Source of the DNA: Clostridia bacterium
GTDB lineage: Bacteria; Bacillota; Clostridia; TANB77; CAG-508
Assembly: GCA_030539155.1 (NCBI GenBank)
Contig: JAUNSP010000001.1
Span: forward strand, 1,470-65,469
Direction: 5' to 3'
DNA: 64,000 nt
The notes beneath the pieces were generated by a model. That model made no database searches and was not told the DNA's origin. It worked only from the letters and a program-made list of their open reading frames with translations. A program made the position numbers and the translations under genes. Shown here piece after piece: positions 37,197 to 46,770 of this stretch; position 1 is the stretch's first letter; every line of letters begins with the position of its first letter.

Positions 37197-38366
37197 TCAT
37201 TTAGCTTTTTCTATATATCCATAAACTGATTCTGCATACATATCATCTGTTATTGTTTGATATCTACTACCATCATAATCATCAGTAAATCCATTATAGG
37301 CTTTATATATTTCTCCTGTGTTAGTGTCATAAACTCTTTCATACCCCAGTGTTGCATCACTATATTTTTGACTTGTGACATCATATGTTTTTTGTCTAGC
37401 ACTCCAAGCAGAATTATATGAATCATATGCTTTTTGAATTGCTGCATTCATTGATAATGCTTTTTGTGTTTGTTCTTTACCATTCTCAATAGTCGTATTA
37501 ACAAATAAGTCATTATAAGTAAGAGAATTTAATGATTTAGTTAAAAGTTCTTCATAATTAATTAAATCATACTCTCCTGTTGTAATTCCCATAACATTAT
37601 ATGCTGTATAATATAAAACATCATATCCTAGTGTATCAGTATGGCTTCCCATATCCATAATTGTAGCCATAAATAGTCCTTCTCCATTTTTGCCTGTTTT
37701 GGTATCTTGAAATGTTCCTCTTAATATTTTATCATCATTAGCAATATCTTTTAGTAGAGAATTATTCTCGAAACTTTCTATTACTGCAAAGTTATTGAGA
37801 TCTGGAGCATTAAATGTTGAACCCATTTCTTTAGCAAATTTCACATAGTCGTTAAAACTATTATAAAAATTTTCTACTTTACCATCATTAACAACAATTG
37901 CCTCAGCAAGTAATTTATTTCCACCATATAATTTATAATAGTTTTCATACCAAGTTTTAGCTTTTTCATTTTTCAATAGTGGTTCAGCTTTCAAAATAGA
38001 ATATATTTGATATCTATCATCATTTGGATTATATACTCTGATAGAAAAATACATATTATCTCCAGCAGTTTCTACTTTCCACCCAGATGGAATTTGCATT
38101 TTAAAATTACTGTGTTCATACTCCACAAGTTCAGTATTTTTAACTTGACTTTCTGTTACATTATAATCCTTTTCAGATAGGTTTTCACTTTCTGCAATAG
38201 CATTATTAAATTTCTCTTTTTTATTTAAAAACAATATTATTACTATTACTATAATAATTCCTATTATTCCTATTATTATTTTAGAAATCGTAAAATAGGT
38301 TTCATTTCTACTTTTATCATTTAATTCTTTATTTTCGTTTTGTTTTTCAATACTTTTTTCTTTCAT
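37197..38366 (-). CDS. hypothetical membrane-anchored extracellular protein (389 aa)
   Basis: An N-terminal charged region, then a TM helix IIIGIIGIIIVIVIILFL and a large Y/N/D-rich ectodomain. A GGAG RBS lies upstream. Confidence 0.55.
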   Translation of the reverse strand: MKEKSIEKQNENKELNDKSRNETYFTISKIIIGIIGIIIVIVIILFLNKKEKFNNAIAESENLSEKDYNVTESQVKNTELVEYEHSNFKMQIPSGWKVETAGDNMYFSIRVYNPNDDRYQIYSILKAEPLLKNEKAKTWYENYYKLYGGNKLLAEAIVVNDGKVENFYNSFNDYVKFAKEMGSTFNAPDLNNFAVIESFENNSLLKDIANDDKILRGTFQDTKTGKNGEGLFMATIMDMGSHTDTLGYDVLYYTAYNVMGITTGEYDLINYEELLTKSLNSLTYNDLFVNTTIENGKEQTQKALSMNAAIQKAYDSYNSAWSARQKTYDVTSQKYSDATLGYERVYDTNTGEIYKAYNGFTDDYDGSRYQTITDDMYAESVYGYIEKAK

Positions 38367-38428
38367 CTTTTAAACTCCACACTTTATTAATTTATAAAAA
38401 GATTATAACATATATATATTATTATTAT

Positions 38429-38453
38429 GTTATATTTCCAATTTGTCATTGAC
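38429..38453 (-). promoter_or_regulatory. conserved upstream cis-element, copy 2 (GTCAATGACAAATTGGAAATATAAC on minus), with extended -10 TGtTATAAT 21 nt downstream
   Basis: The same motif as 34822..34846, with a TGnTATAAT extended -10 at about 38402-38410 and about 36 nt to the ATG at 38366. Confidence 0.5.
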
Positions 38454-38473
38454 ATTTTAGTATTATTTATAAA

Positions 38474-38522
38474 GCAAAAAAAATAAAGGTACACAGGAAT
38501 TTATTTCCCATATACCTTTTGG
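38474..38522 (-). terminator. rho-independent terminator downstream of the adhesin gene (copy 2 of the duplicated module)
   Basis: gcaaaaaaaataaaggtacacaggaatttatttcccatatacctttt is about 90% identical to 31670..31717. In minus orientation it forms a stem followed by a T-run. Confidence 0.6.
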
Positions 38523-38605
38523 TTTAGTAACTAAAAAAATAATTCTATATGAATTCATTTTCTTAATTTTATAATATACTCTCTAATATGCCATTTGTCA
38601 AACTT

Positions 38606-41600
38606 TTAGCAACCTGTTCTTGGTAATTTTTCTAATTGTATCTCTTTATAATAAGTAATTGTAGTCCATTTGTCTGTATCTTCTACATATTTATCTAAAT
38701 AATTTCCACTTACTTTCGTATTATTAGTAAATACAAAGCCATTTCCAAGTCCATCAAGCATATCACAATATAATCTAGGTTTCTCTATTTCTGAAAAGCC
38801 TATTTTTACTGTTTCAAATCTAAATTCATAATCTGTTATGTATTCATCATCATCTAGTCCAATATTTTTAAAACTAATTTCATTATTTACTTTTGTGTCT
38901 AAATTATCTACTAGCATTTTATAATCATTTTTATTTGTTTTATACCATATTGAATAATTTAAATTCTCATTGTATGTTCCTGTAAATATTTTATCTGCTC
39001 GTACTGCCTCTATTGGCAATGTATCTTCCCAAGTAAAATTATCTAATGGTACATTTGAATTATTATGAATATTTGAAAAATCATAATAAATATTATCTTT
39101 ACTTTGTGTTTCAATAAAACCTGTTTTGTTTATTTCTACCTTAATATCTACATTATCATCTTTTACTGTTACATTCACTATTTCTTGATGTTTTACAACT
39201 TCTGCATCAAATATAACATCAGTAATTATATAATAATCTGGAGATTCTATTTCTTTAACAGTGTATTTTCCTTTTAACAATTCTTTTGTTATCGCCTCTC
39301 CGTTCTCATCTGTTACAAGTGTATCAACTACATTGTTATTTGCATCATATACTTCAAACTTTGCATTTGATAATTTTGTTCCAGCTTTGTCCCCATTGTA
39401 TTCATTATCTTCTTTACTTTCCTTAATGACTTTTATATAACCTTTTATCTTTTCATTTTCAAAAGTCATATCTGTTATTTGGTTTTGTGTTAATGTTATC
39501 GTTTTCATTTCAGTATTAAGTACATAATTTTCTAATGTTTTTGTTTCCTGCAATGTATATTGTTGGTCTATTGGTAATCTTTTAGAAACTGCCTCTCCAT
39601 TCTTGTCTGTTACAAATTTATCAACTACATTTCTACTTTCATCTAAAACATTAAATTCTACATTTTCAAGTTTTACTTCGTTATTTTCATTATCTACTTT
39701 AATAATTCTTATCTGCCCTTTCTTTTTCTCGTTAGTAAATGTCATATTTGTTATCTGGTCTTGTGTTAGAGTTACTGTTTGTGTTTCATTATTAAGTACA
39801 TAATTTTCTAATGTTTTAGTTTCTTGAATTGTATAATTTTGGTCTATTGGTAATCTTTTAGAAACTGCCTCTCCATTATCATCTGTTACAAGTTTATCAA
39901 CTACATTTCCACTTTCATCTAAAACATTAAATTCAACATTTGGAATTTTAACCTCTTTATTGTCTTTATCAACTTTTATAACTTTTACTTGACCTTTCTT
40001 TTTCTCATTAGTAAATGTTATATTTGTTATTTGGTCTTGTGTTAATGTTACTGTTTGAATTTCATCATTCAAAACATATCTATTGTCTGTTTCAATTTCT
40101 TGTAAAGATAATTTTTCGTAATCCCTAATAGCATATCTTGATGTCAAAGCCTCTCCATTTTCATCTGTTGTTATGGTTTCTAAAACTTTATTATTACTAT
40201 CAATAACATTGAATTTAACTCCTGCTATTTTAACTTCGTTATTGTCTTGGTCTATTTTGATTACTTTTACTTGTCCTTTTTTTAGTTCATTTGTTATAGT
40301 ATTTTCGTTTGTTGTATTCCATTCTACTTTTATGTCTGTATTTTCTGCTAGGTTATACCATTTATTAGTTTGTGTTTCTATTAGCTTATAATTTCCTATT
40401 CTTAAATTATTGATTGTTAATTCTCCATTTACATCAGTTGTGTAGCTCCCAATAACCTTATTAAATTCTTCTGAAAACAGATTAAATTTAACATTTCCTA
40501 ACACAATCCTATTGTTATCCTTGTCGATTTTATAAACCTTTATATTGCCTTTTTTATGAGTATTTGTTATATCTTTTGTTGTAGTTTTATTATATTCAAC
40601 TCTAACATCAAATGAATTTGTATTTAAAATATACTTATCATTTGTAGATATTTCCTTAACTGTATAATCTCCTTGATATAATGAGCTAAATGTTGCTACT
40701 CCATTTTCATTAGTTGTTGCATTAGCTATGTTTGTACCATCTTTTTTGTATAATGAAAATGTTACCCCTGCTATTGGCTCTTTTGTTTCATCATCTGTTT
40801 TATTTATTTTTATTATTCCTGTATTAGTTTTTATATTTAAGTTAGTATCTCCTGTTTCATCTCCCAAAGGATCAAAGGTTAGTGCATAAGGTTGGTAGCC
40901 ACTTGAAGGAGCATTCCCATAAAATATTGGATATGTTTCACATTTTGCTTGTACTGCAATTAAACTATCTATATCAGCATTCATTTTGTCTTTTGGAATA
41001 TAAACTTTAAAATGTTCATTTCCAGAAAATTGATTTTGTTCATTTCCGTTTACATTTGCTATATAACTATTGCTAGGGAGTCCTGCTGTTGCTGTTATAT
41101 AATATCTATCTAATCTAACAATGGAAGAAACTGAATACTCTTGTGTATAATAATTTTCTTCTTCTTTTAATGCTCCAGATTTACTAATAGTTACATTTGC
41201 ACTTTGTGGTGTTCTTGTTCCATTTCGACCTTCATTTACCATATTAGCCATAGCATTTACAATAGCATTACCTCTTTCATCTCCACCACGATAGAAAGAA
41301 TAAACATCTCTACCATATAAAATCGAGTAAACTGCCTGTTTTGTTGCAACATAAGCATCTAAATCATTTGCAACTCCTAATTGACTAGCACTTTTATAAG
41401 GAAATCCTGCTATTATAGTTCTCCATACTTGAACATTATCTAATATATCTGACACACTTACTGTGTAACCACCATATTCTGCAACTCCTCCAACATCTTT
41501 ATTCAAACAATAAGCTGGGTACATTGTTCCATTATAATTATATCCTACATAATTCGTTACAACATAATACCACATTCCCTTGTCTGCATTCCAATATTGC

Positions 41601-41743
41601 AAATGTAATTCACTAGGTTGTACCTCATAAACATCAGCAGAAGACATTTCACTTCTTGCATAAACTAAACTTTGTAATGTAGAAATCAATGTTATTATTA
41701 ACATTAAAATTGCTACTATCTTTTTATTTTTTTCTTTCATCAT
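38606..41743 (-). CDS. large cell-surface adhesin with repeated Cna B-type/isopeptide-like domains and a C-terminal LPRTG that lacks the membrane-spanning tail
   Basis: A 1045-aa protein with a signal peptide and repeated roughly 92-aa units (...KKGQVKVIKVDKDNKEVKIPNVEFNVLDESGNVVDKLVTDDNGEAVSKRLPIDQNYTIQETKTLENYVLNNETQTVTLTQDQITNMTFTNE...). It ends ...EKLPRTGC followed immediately by a stop. Confidence 0.75.
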   Translation of the reverse strand: MMKEKNKKIVAILMLIITLISTLQSLVYARSEMSSADVYEVQPSELHLQYWNADKGMWYYVVTNYVGYNYNGTMYPAYCLNKDVGGVAEYGGYTVSVSDILDNVQVWRTIIAGFPYKSASQLGVANDLDAYVATKQAVYSILYGRDVYSFYRGGDERGNAIVNAMANMVNEGRNGTRTPQSANVTISKSGALKEEENYYTQEYSVSSIVRLDRYYITATAGLPSNSYIANVNGNEQNQFSGNEHFKVYIPKDKMNADIDSLIAVQAKCETYPIFYGNAPSSGYQPYALTFDPLGDETGDTNLNIKTNTGIIKINKTDDETKEPIAGVTFSLYKKDGTNIANATTNENGVATFSSLYQGDYTVKEISTNDKYILNTNSFDVRVEYNKTTTKDITNTHKKGNIKVYKIDKDNNRIVLGNVKFNLFSEEFNKVIGSYTTDVNGELTINNLRIGNYKLIETQTNKWYNLAENTDIKVEWNTTNENTITNELKKGQVKVIKIDQDNNEVKIAGVKFNVIDSNNKVLETITTDENGEALTSRYAIRDYEKLSLQEIETDNRYVLNDEIQTVTLTQDQITNITFTNEKKKGQVKVIKVDKDNKEVKIPNVEFNVLDESGNVVDKLVTDDNGEAVSKRLPIDQNYTIQETKTLENYVLNNETQTVTLTQDQITNMTFTNEKKKGQIRIIKVDNENNEVKLENVEFNVLDESRNVVDKFVTDKNGEAVSKRLPIDQQYTLQETKTLENYVLNTEMKTITLTQNQITDMTFENEKIKGYIKVIKESKEDNEYNGDKAGTKLSNAKFEVYDANNNVVDTLVTDENGEAITKELLKGKYTVKEIESPDYYIITDVIFDAEVVKHQEIVNVTVKDDNVDIKVEINKTGFIETQSKDNIYYDFSNIHNNSNVPLDNFTWEDTLPIEAVRADKIFTGTYNENLNYSIWYKTNKNDYKMLVDNLDTKVNNEISFKNIGLDDDEYITDYEFRFETVKIGFSEIEKPRLYCDMLDGLGNGFVFTNNTKVSGNYLDKYVEDTDKWTTITYYKEIQLEKLPRTGC
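39300..40400 (-). repeat. intragenic tandem repeats (about 276-bp period) encoding Cna B-like domains
   Basis: The string ggtaatcttttagaaactgcctctccatt recurs at 39573 and 39849, a 276-bp period, with flanking diverged copies. These are coding repeats, not CRISPR. Confidence 0.7.
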
Positions 41744-41809
41744 AAATTCCTCCTAAATTTTTGCATAAAAAAATACCAAGTATTTCTACAAGGTATCTTT
41801 TATGTATTT

Positions 41810-42541
41810 TTAAATTATATAACATTCAGTCCAAACATATTGACTATTAACATAGTAATCTCTAGCATAAACTTTTATAGTTCCAAACTTTCTACTTATT
41901 GCATTTTTTACTCTTTGTTCTGTATAAGTAAATTGACTCGTTTGTGTAATTATTGAACTATCTATACTAACTGAATAACCATATTTCTGCATATTATCAT
42001 TTACATTTTCATTTATAACTGCAATCATTTCATTTTCTTTTTGCTTATTTTCTTTAAATTCTTCTTTTTTTGTTACAGTTGTTGTTTCTTCCTTTTTTTG
42101 TTCCTGTATTATTGGCTTTTCCTCTGTTTTAGTTTCAGTTACTGTTGTCTGCTTTGGTGTTTCTATACTTTTATTATCATTATTGGTATTTGCTATTGGG
42201 CTAGTTTGTGTTGTTTTTTGTTCAGTAGTTTCCTTTTTTGTATTTGTTTCAACTTTATTATTAGAACTTACTTGTGTTTCTTTTTGTTCTGCTACCTCTG
42301 TATTTTTTTCAGATACTTCAGCATTATCTTCTTGAATGCTATTGGTTTCTTCTGCTATTTCATTTACACTTGAATCTTCTTTAATATCTGCAATTTCTAT
42401 ATTTTCTATATTACTTTCTTGACTTGCTTTTTTAGATGTACCTGCATAATTTGCAACTATTGCAATACCACTTATAATACATAAAATAGTAAATACCTTT
42501 AAACATTTCCAAATAATTCTTTTAACTTTCATATCAATCAC
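41810..42541 (-). CDS. membrane-anchored protein with low-complexity T/E/K/Q-rich linker and C-terminal globular domain
   Basis: A 243-aa protein with N-terminal TM helix VFTILCIISGIAIVANYAG, then a repetitive polar linker and the C-terminal ...YGYSVSIDSSIITQTSQFTYTEQRVKNAISRKFGTIKVYARDYYVNSQYVWTECYII. Confidence 0.5.
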   Translation of the reverse strand: MIDMKVKRIIWKCLKVFTILCIISGIAIVANYAGTSKKASQESNIENIEIADIKEDSSVNEIAEETNSIQEDNAEVSEKNTEVAEQKETQVSSNNKVETNTKKETTEQKTTQTSPIANTNNDNKSIETPKQTTVTETKTEEKPIIQEQKKEETTTVTKKEEFKENKQKENEMIAVINENVNDNMQKYGYSVSIDSSIITQTSQFTYTEQRVKNAISRKFGTIKVYARDYYVNSQYVWTECYII

Positions 42542-42606
42542 ATCTCCTTATATATTAAGTATAACAGGTGCTATATATGAAAGTCTAACCCATTTGCAAA
42601 AGTTTT

Positions 42607-43176
42607 TTAATTTTCTATTGCTTGAACACATAATCTTTTTTCTTTTTGCCCTGCGACACAAGTAATAAGTGTAATTCTATTATCTTCTGTTTCTTGTAAA
42701 TAACTAAAATCTGTTTCATCAATTTCAGTTTTTGTATTCACAATGTATCTTTTTGTTCCATACTTTGTTTGATAATAAATTTCGCTACCAATATCTATAT
42801 TTTTTAAATTTTTAAAGTAATCTCCATTCCCACCAGAATTGTGAGATGCTAAACCAACATTTCCTTGATATAAACTTGTACTTGTAAAATGTCCTATTGC
42901 CTCTGACAATGTAGAAAGTTCTGTACTTTCTTTTATTGGTGCATCTTCTAATAATATATCTGGTATAGTTAAATAACCTAAAAAGTCATCATAATTTATT
43001 TGCGTTTGTATTGTATTGGTATCTGTTACCTGTTCTATTGTATCTACTATTTCTATATTATCTGCTTTTTTATTTGCTAAATATATTCTAATTTTAAAAT
43101 ATGCAAATATTGAAATTGCTAATGCTATAATCACAATTATTGCAATTAGTGTAAACATTTTTATTCCTTTTTTCAA
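42607..43176 (-). CDS. sortase (class A/D-like) transpeptidase
   Basis: A 189-aa protein with an N-terminal TM anchor, catalytic His (GLASHNSG), the TLxTC motif ITLITCV and a downstream Arg (RLCVQ). Confidence 0.75.
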   Translation of the reverse strand: MKKGIKMFTLIAIIVIIALAISIFAYFKIRIYLANKKADNIEIVDTIEQVTDTNTIQTQINYDDFLGYLTIPDILLEDAPIKESTELSTLSEAIGHFTSTSLYQGNVGLASHNSGGNGDYFKNLKNIDIGSEIYYQTKYGTKRYIVNTKTEIDETDFSYLQETEDNRITLITCVAGQKEKRLCVQAIEN

Positions 43177-43189
43177 AACAATTCCTCCC

Positions 43190-44269
43190 TTATAAATTTA
43201 TTGAAAATGTAACTATTTTGTCTTTTTCATTTATGATATGTTTTATCTTAATATCTTTTTTTGATATTTCTATAAATTTACCACTTATTTTATTTACCAA
43301 GTCTTTTGATAATTCTATTTTATATTTACTTGTAATTTCTAAATGTTTGAATTTATCTAATTTTAATTTTGGCTTTTTATAATTTATAAATGTGTTTCCT
43401 ACTAATACCCATTTTCCATCTTGTAAATTATATATTTTAATGTTTTTTCTAAATAACAATATTACTAATGCAATTATTGTAGTTCCACCACTTACTCCTG
43501 CTACTATTGGAACTATGTTGTTTTTTTCTTGTGGTATCTCTGCTTGTTTTTCTTTATACACAATAGTATATCTAACAGGGTTTATCTCCACTTTTTCTGC
43601 ATTCCCAAAATATTCTCCTGTAACTGTATAAGTTAGTGGATAATCTACTTTTATTTTACCTGCATAATAACAAATTGCTTTATATGTATCTGGTATTTCA
43701 GTATCTCCAACTTTTTTAGTTGTTTCTGTTTCCCAAGTTGTATTTAATAAATTAAGTGTAATTCCATCTTTTTGAATTTCTTTATTTATAAAATCCAAAT
43801 CATTTCTTAATAAATTGTTATACTCTTTTGTTTCTTCTATTAGCTTTTCATAATAGCCATTATAGTTAGACTTTATTTTTAATGTATTTATATTCAAATC
43901 ATAAGTTCCTATAAAACCATCTTCATTATATTCTAATGTTTGTCCCAACTGATTTATAATTGATAATTCATTATTTGTTTTTGATGTTATTGTTTTAGTT
44001 GTAGTAATATCTTTTGTTGTTGTGATATTGCCTCCACCTCTCGACTTTGAAACAATGTTATATTCATTGTTATCTAGCAATATACTATTTTCAATGTTAC
44101 TTAAAAACTCTATTTCTTCATCTTCTGACATACTATATTTTTGATAAATATAATTTTCATTATCTATTTTTTCTACTTTTTGACTTTCTATTGTTGCAGC
44201 AAAGCAGTTTGTTACAGTTAGCATTGAACAATAAGCTAATACTATTATTATTTTCTTATAAATTTTCAT
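43190..44269 (-). CDS. secreted/membrane protein (359 aa) with signal peptide and a TM helix at about residues 250-275
   Basis: MKIYKKIIIVLAYCSMLTVTNCFAA signal, and later IVPIVAGVSGGTTIIALVILLFRKN. Confidence 0.5.
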   Translation of the reverse strand: MKIYKKIIIVLAYCSMLTVTNCFAATIESQKVEKIDNENYIYQKYSMSEDEEIEFLSNIENSILLDNNEYNIVSKSRGGGNITTTKDITTTKTITSKTNNELSIINQLGQTLEYNEDGFIGTYDLNINTLKIKSNYNGYYEKLIEETKEYNNLLRNDLDFINKEIQKDGITLNLLNTTWETETTKKVGDTEIPDTYKAICYYAGKIKVDYPLTYTVTGEYFGNAEKVEINPVRYTIVYKEKQAEIPQEKNNIVPIVAGVSGGTTIIALVILLFRKNIKIYNLQDGKWVLVGNTFINYKKPKLKLDKFKHLEITSKYKIELSKDLVNKISGKFIEISKKDIKIKHIINEKDKIVTFSINL

Positions 44270-44272
44270 TTT

Positions 44273-44515
44273 CTACCCTCCAATTTTAATTTTTAGAATA
44301 TTGTTTATTAAATAAGTTGCTCCAAGCGAACAAAGAGCAACTAATCCAATATATATTGAAACTTTAAATATTTTTGAAACTATTGCATATAAAAAAGATA
44401 GTAATTTTATAAAGTTACTTTGCTTTTCAATTACTATCTCATTCTTTTCTGAATTATATTTACTTAACACTTTCTTTTCTTTTAAATACTTTTTATATGA
44501 CATTTCTTTTTCCAA
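44273..44515 (-). CDS. small membrane protein (80 aa)
   Basis: Two hydrophobic segments (LSFLYAIVSKIF...IYIGLVALCSLGATYLI). Confidence 0.4.
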   Translation of the reverse strand: MEKEMSYKKYLKEKKVLSKYNSEKNEIVIEKQSNFIKLLSFLYAIVSKIFKVSIYIGLVALCSLGATYLINNILKIKIGG

Positions 44516-44517
44516 TT

Positions 44518-45627
44518 TTAACTCCTTTTAAATAAGCCGAAAATTCTATTTTTAGGCATATCTACTATTTCAATTTTACTAGACTTTTCTGCTATATACT
44601 CTTTGAATATTCTGTGATATATCTGTTCATTTACATTTATTGCGAATGGATTAGGTGTATATTCAGTAAAGTATGTTCCTTTTGAGAACTTACTCATATT
44701 TTTTAACCATTCTTTTTGTTTTTCTTGTTCTGTGAAATTAAATAAAAACTTTAAGTCCTTTAATTTCTCTAAATGAGAAAATACATTTTTAAGTCCTGCA
44801 AACTCCCATATTTTTGTTCCAGATACTACAATTTTTACACCTTTTGAAATAAAATTGTCTATTTTGCTTTCATCAAATACTCCATAATCATATATGTAAA
44901 AGTCATAAGCTAAATTCATTGCATCAACTGTATTCTCTTTTCGCCACATATCAATATTTTTATAAGATAACATATCAGTATTTTTATTTTTTATTGCTCC
45001 AAGTTCTTCAAAGTAGCTTATATCTGTATTAGGGTTTGCATTTATATAACAAGCATTTAATTTCAAACTATTTAAAAATGAACATATTAAAAGTGCCTGT
45101 GTAGTTGTTCCAATATGACTCTCTGTTCCTACAATTCCTATTGTTTCAAATTGCTTAATTTTCTTATATTCTTTTTTTATAATTACTCTATCTTTTCTTT
45201 TTGTATTTATAACTTCTGCTCTAAACCTAACTGCATCTTTATATTGATTACCATCTCCAACTAAACAATTCATAAGTTCTTCTTTTTGGGTTTCATTGTC
45301 TTTTCCTACTACAAAATTATATATACCCTCATTAAAAAGTTTTGCAAGTAGTGAGTTTCCCTCTTTGTATCCTAATGCCATAATTATTATTCTTATGTTA
45401 TACATTGATTTAATTGCAACAACTGCTTTTATAATTTCATCTTCAGACTCTTTTGTTGAATTTATATCTATTATTATATAATTGAAATTGTTTAGATTTT
45501 TTAATTCTCTTACTGCAAAGTCTTTCAATTTATTTACTCCTGTAAGCATTTGAATTTCATCATACCCACTATCTTTACATATTTCAGTAATTAGTTTTTC
45601 ATTTTCCTTTGTCAATGCTAAAATCAT
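44518..45627 (-). CDS. hypothetical protein with receiver-like N-domain and degenerate nucleotide-binding-like C-domain (CpaE/TadZ-like architecture?)
   Basis: A 369-aa protein. The N-terminal region alternates hydrophobic strands and helices like a CheY fold but has no obvious phospho-acceptor. Its centre has GIVGTESHIGTTTQALLI resembling a deviant P-loop. The assignment is tentative. Confidence 0.4.
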   Translation of the reverse strand: MILALTKENEKLITEICKDSGYDEIQMLTGVNKLKDFAVRELKNLNNFNYIIIDINSTKESEDEIIKAVVAIKSMYNIRIIIMALGYKEGNSLLAKLFNEGIYNFVVGKDNETQKEELMNCLVGDGNQYKDAVRFRAEVINTKRKDRVIIKKEYKKIKQFETIGIVGTESHIGTTTQALLICSFLNSLKLNACYINANPNTDISYFEELGAIKNKNTDMLSYKNIDMWRKENTVDAMNLAYDFYIYDYGVFDESKIDNFISKGVKIVVSGTKIWEFAGLKNVFSHLEKLKDLKFLFNFTEQEKQKEWLKNMSKFSKGTYFTEYTPNPFAINVNEQIYHRIFKEYIAEKSSKIEIVDMPKNRIFGLFKRS

Positions 45628-45648
45628 TTTACTTTACCTCTCTTTCTT

Positions 45649-46017
45649 TCACATTTCCATATCATCAGTTTCTTCATTTTCTTGTTCCCAAACATATTGT
45701 TTTATAGACTTTACATTTTCAGTAATTTCCTTTGATGTGTTTGATGAATTGGTATCAATATTTATACTATTACCATTTTCAAACTCTACATTTGTTGTAT
45801 ATTTGCCATCACTAACACTTTCAGTTGAAATATTGTAATAATCTATTCCTAGTTTATCTAGTATTTCTTCATATAATTGTGATAGAGTCGGCATATTATA
45901 GCTATCTCTATCTTCGCCATAATCATCTAAATTAGTAATACCATATTCTTCAAAATAGTCATTAACTATATCTTCAATATTTTGTATTTCTTGTCTTGAT
46001 TTAAAATACTTTTCCAT
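45649..46017 (-). CDS. acidic hypothetical protein (122 aa)
   Basis: A highly acidic ORF (D/E-rich N- and C-termini). Confidence 0.4.
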   Translation of the reverse strand: MEKYFKSRQEIQNIEDIVNDYFEEYGITNLDDYGEDRDSYNMPTLSQLYEEILDKLGIDYYNISTESVSDGKYTTNVEFENGNSINIDTNSSNTSKEITENVKSIKQYVWEQENEETDDMEM

Positions 46018-46089
46018 TCCTATCCCTCTTTTCCTTCAAATAAATATTGTCTTGGATTTTGATAATCTCCATTCATACTCTTTCTTACT

Positions 46090-46770
46090 TCAAAATGTAA
46101 ATGTGTTCCTGTTGAATATCCGTGGATTTGGATCTCTCTTTGGGTCGCCACCTTGTATGGCAATTACATTTCCTTGTTTTATCTCTTGACCTTTTGATAC
46201 ATCTATTCTTGCTAAATGACCATAAAGAGTATAGAATATTTCTCCATCTTTATTGTGTTCAATTTCTATGCAATTTCCATAACCACTCTGAACTCCTGCA
46301 AATACAACTGTACCATCTAAAACTGCCATTATATCGCTATGCCAAACTCCTGCTAAGTCAATTCCTGTGTGAAATGATTTTTTTCCTGTAACGGGATGTA
46401 TTCTACTTCCAAACTCACTTGTAACTGTTGCTCCATTAACAGGCATTGGCAATGTTCCATTAAATACTAATTCATTACTTGTTAAGTCTTTGTTATACTC
46501 TGTTCTTATTTCCAATATTGTTCCATAATTTTTATCAGTTTCATCTTTAAATCCCAATGCAGATTTTATATTATCTATTGTTGATGTAAGTAAAAATAGT
46601 GGTAACATTATAATAAGTAATGTAACCACTATAAAAATAATAACTGCTATAATTAGTCTTTGTCTTTTTTCTTCATCTGTTATTTGAGATATTACAACTT
46701 TTGCAATAGCTTTGGCTGTTGCTGGGTCTATTGCCATATTATCTACCACCACCTTTGCCAAAGAACTCAA
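46090..46770 (-). CDS. M23 family peptidase (probable conjugation-associated cell-wall hydrolase) with N-terminal TM anchor
   Basis: A 226-aa protein with a TM helix IIAVIIFIVVTLLIIMLPLFLL and M23 motifs HTGIDLAGVWHSDIMAVLDGTV and GHLARID / HNKDGE. It sits immediately downstream of the VirB4-like gene. Confidence 0.75.
   Translation of the reverse strand: MSSLAKVVVDNMAIDPATAKAIAKVVISQITDEEKRQRLIIAVIIFIVVTLLIIMLPLFLLTSTIDNIKSALGFKDETDKNYGTILEIRTEYNKDLTSNELVFNGTLPMPVNGATVTSEFGSRIHPVTGKKSFHTGIDLAGVWHSDIMAVLDGTVVFAGVQSGYGNCIEIEHNKDGEIFYTLYGHLARIDVSKGQEIKQGNVIAIQGGDPKRDPNPRIFNRNTFTF

Noticed and set aside
39300-40400. Regularly spaced direct repeats that could be mistaken for a CRISPR array
   Set aside because: The repeats are 276 bp long, are in frame within a 1045-aa ORF, and encode Cna-B-like protein domains. 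There are no short unique spacers or cas genes.
42041-42373. 110-aa C/F/L-rich plus-strand ORF
   Set aside because: It is antisense to the low-complexity linker of gene 41810..42541, and its composition is an artefact of translating a T/E/K-coding repeat on the opposite strand.
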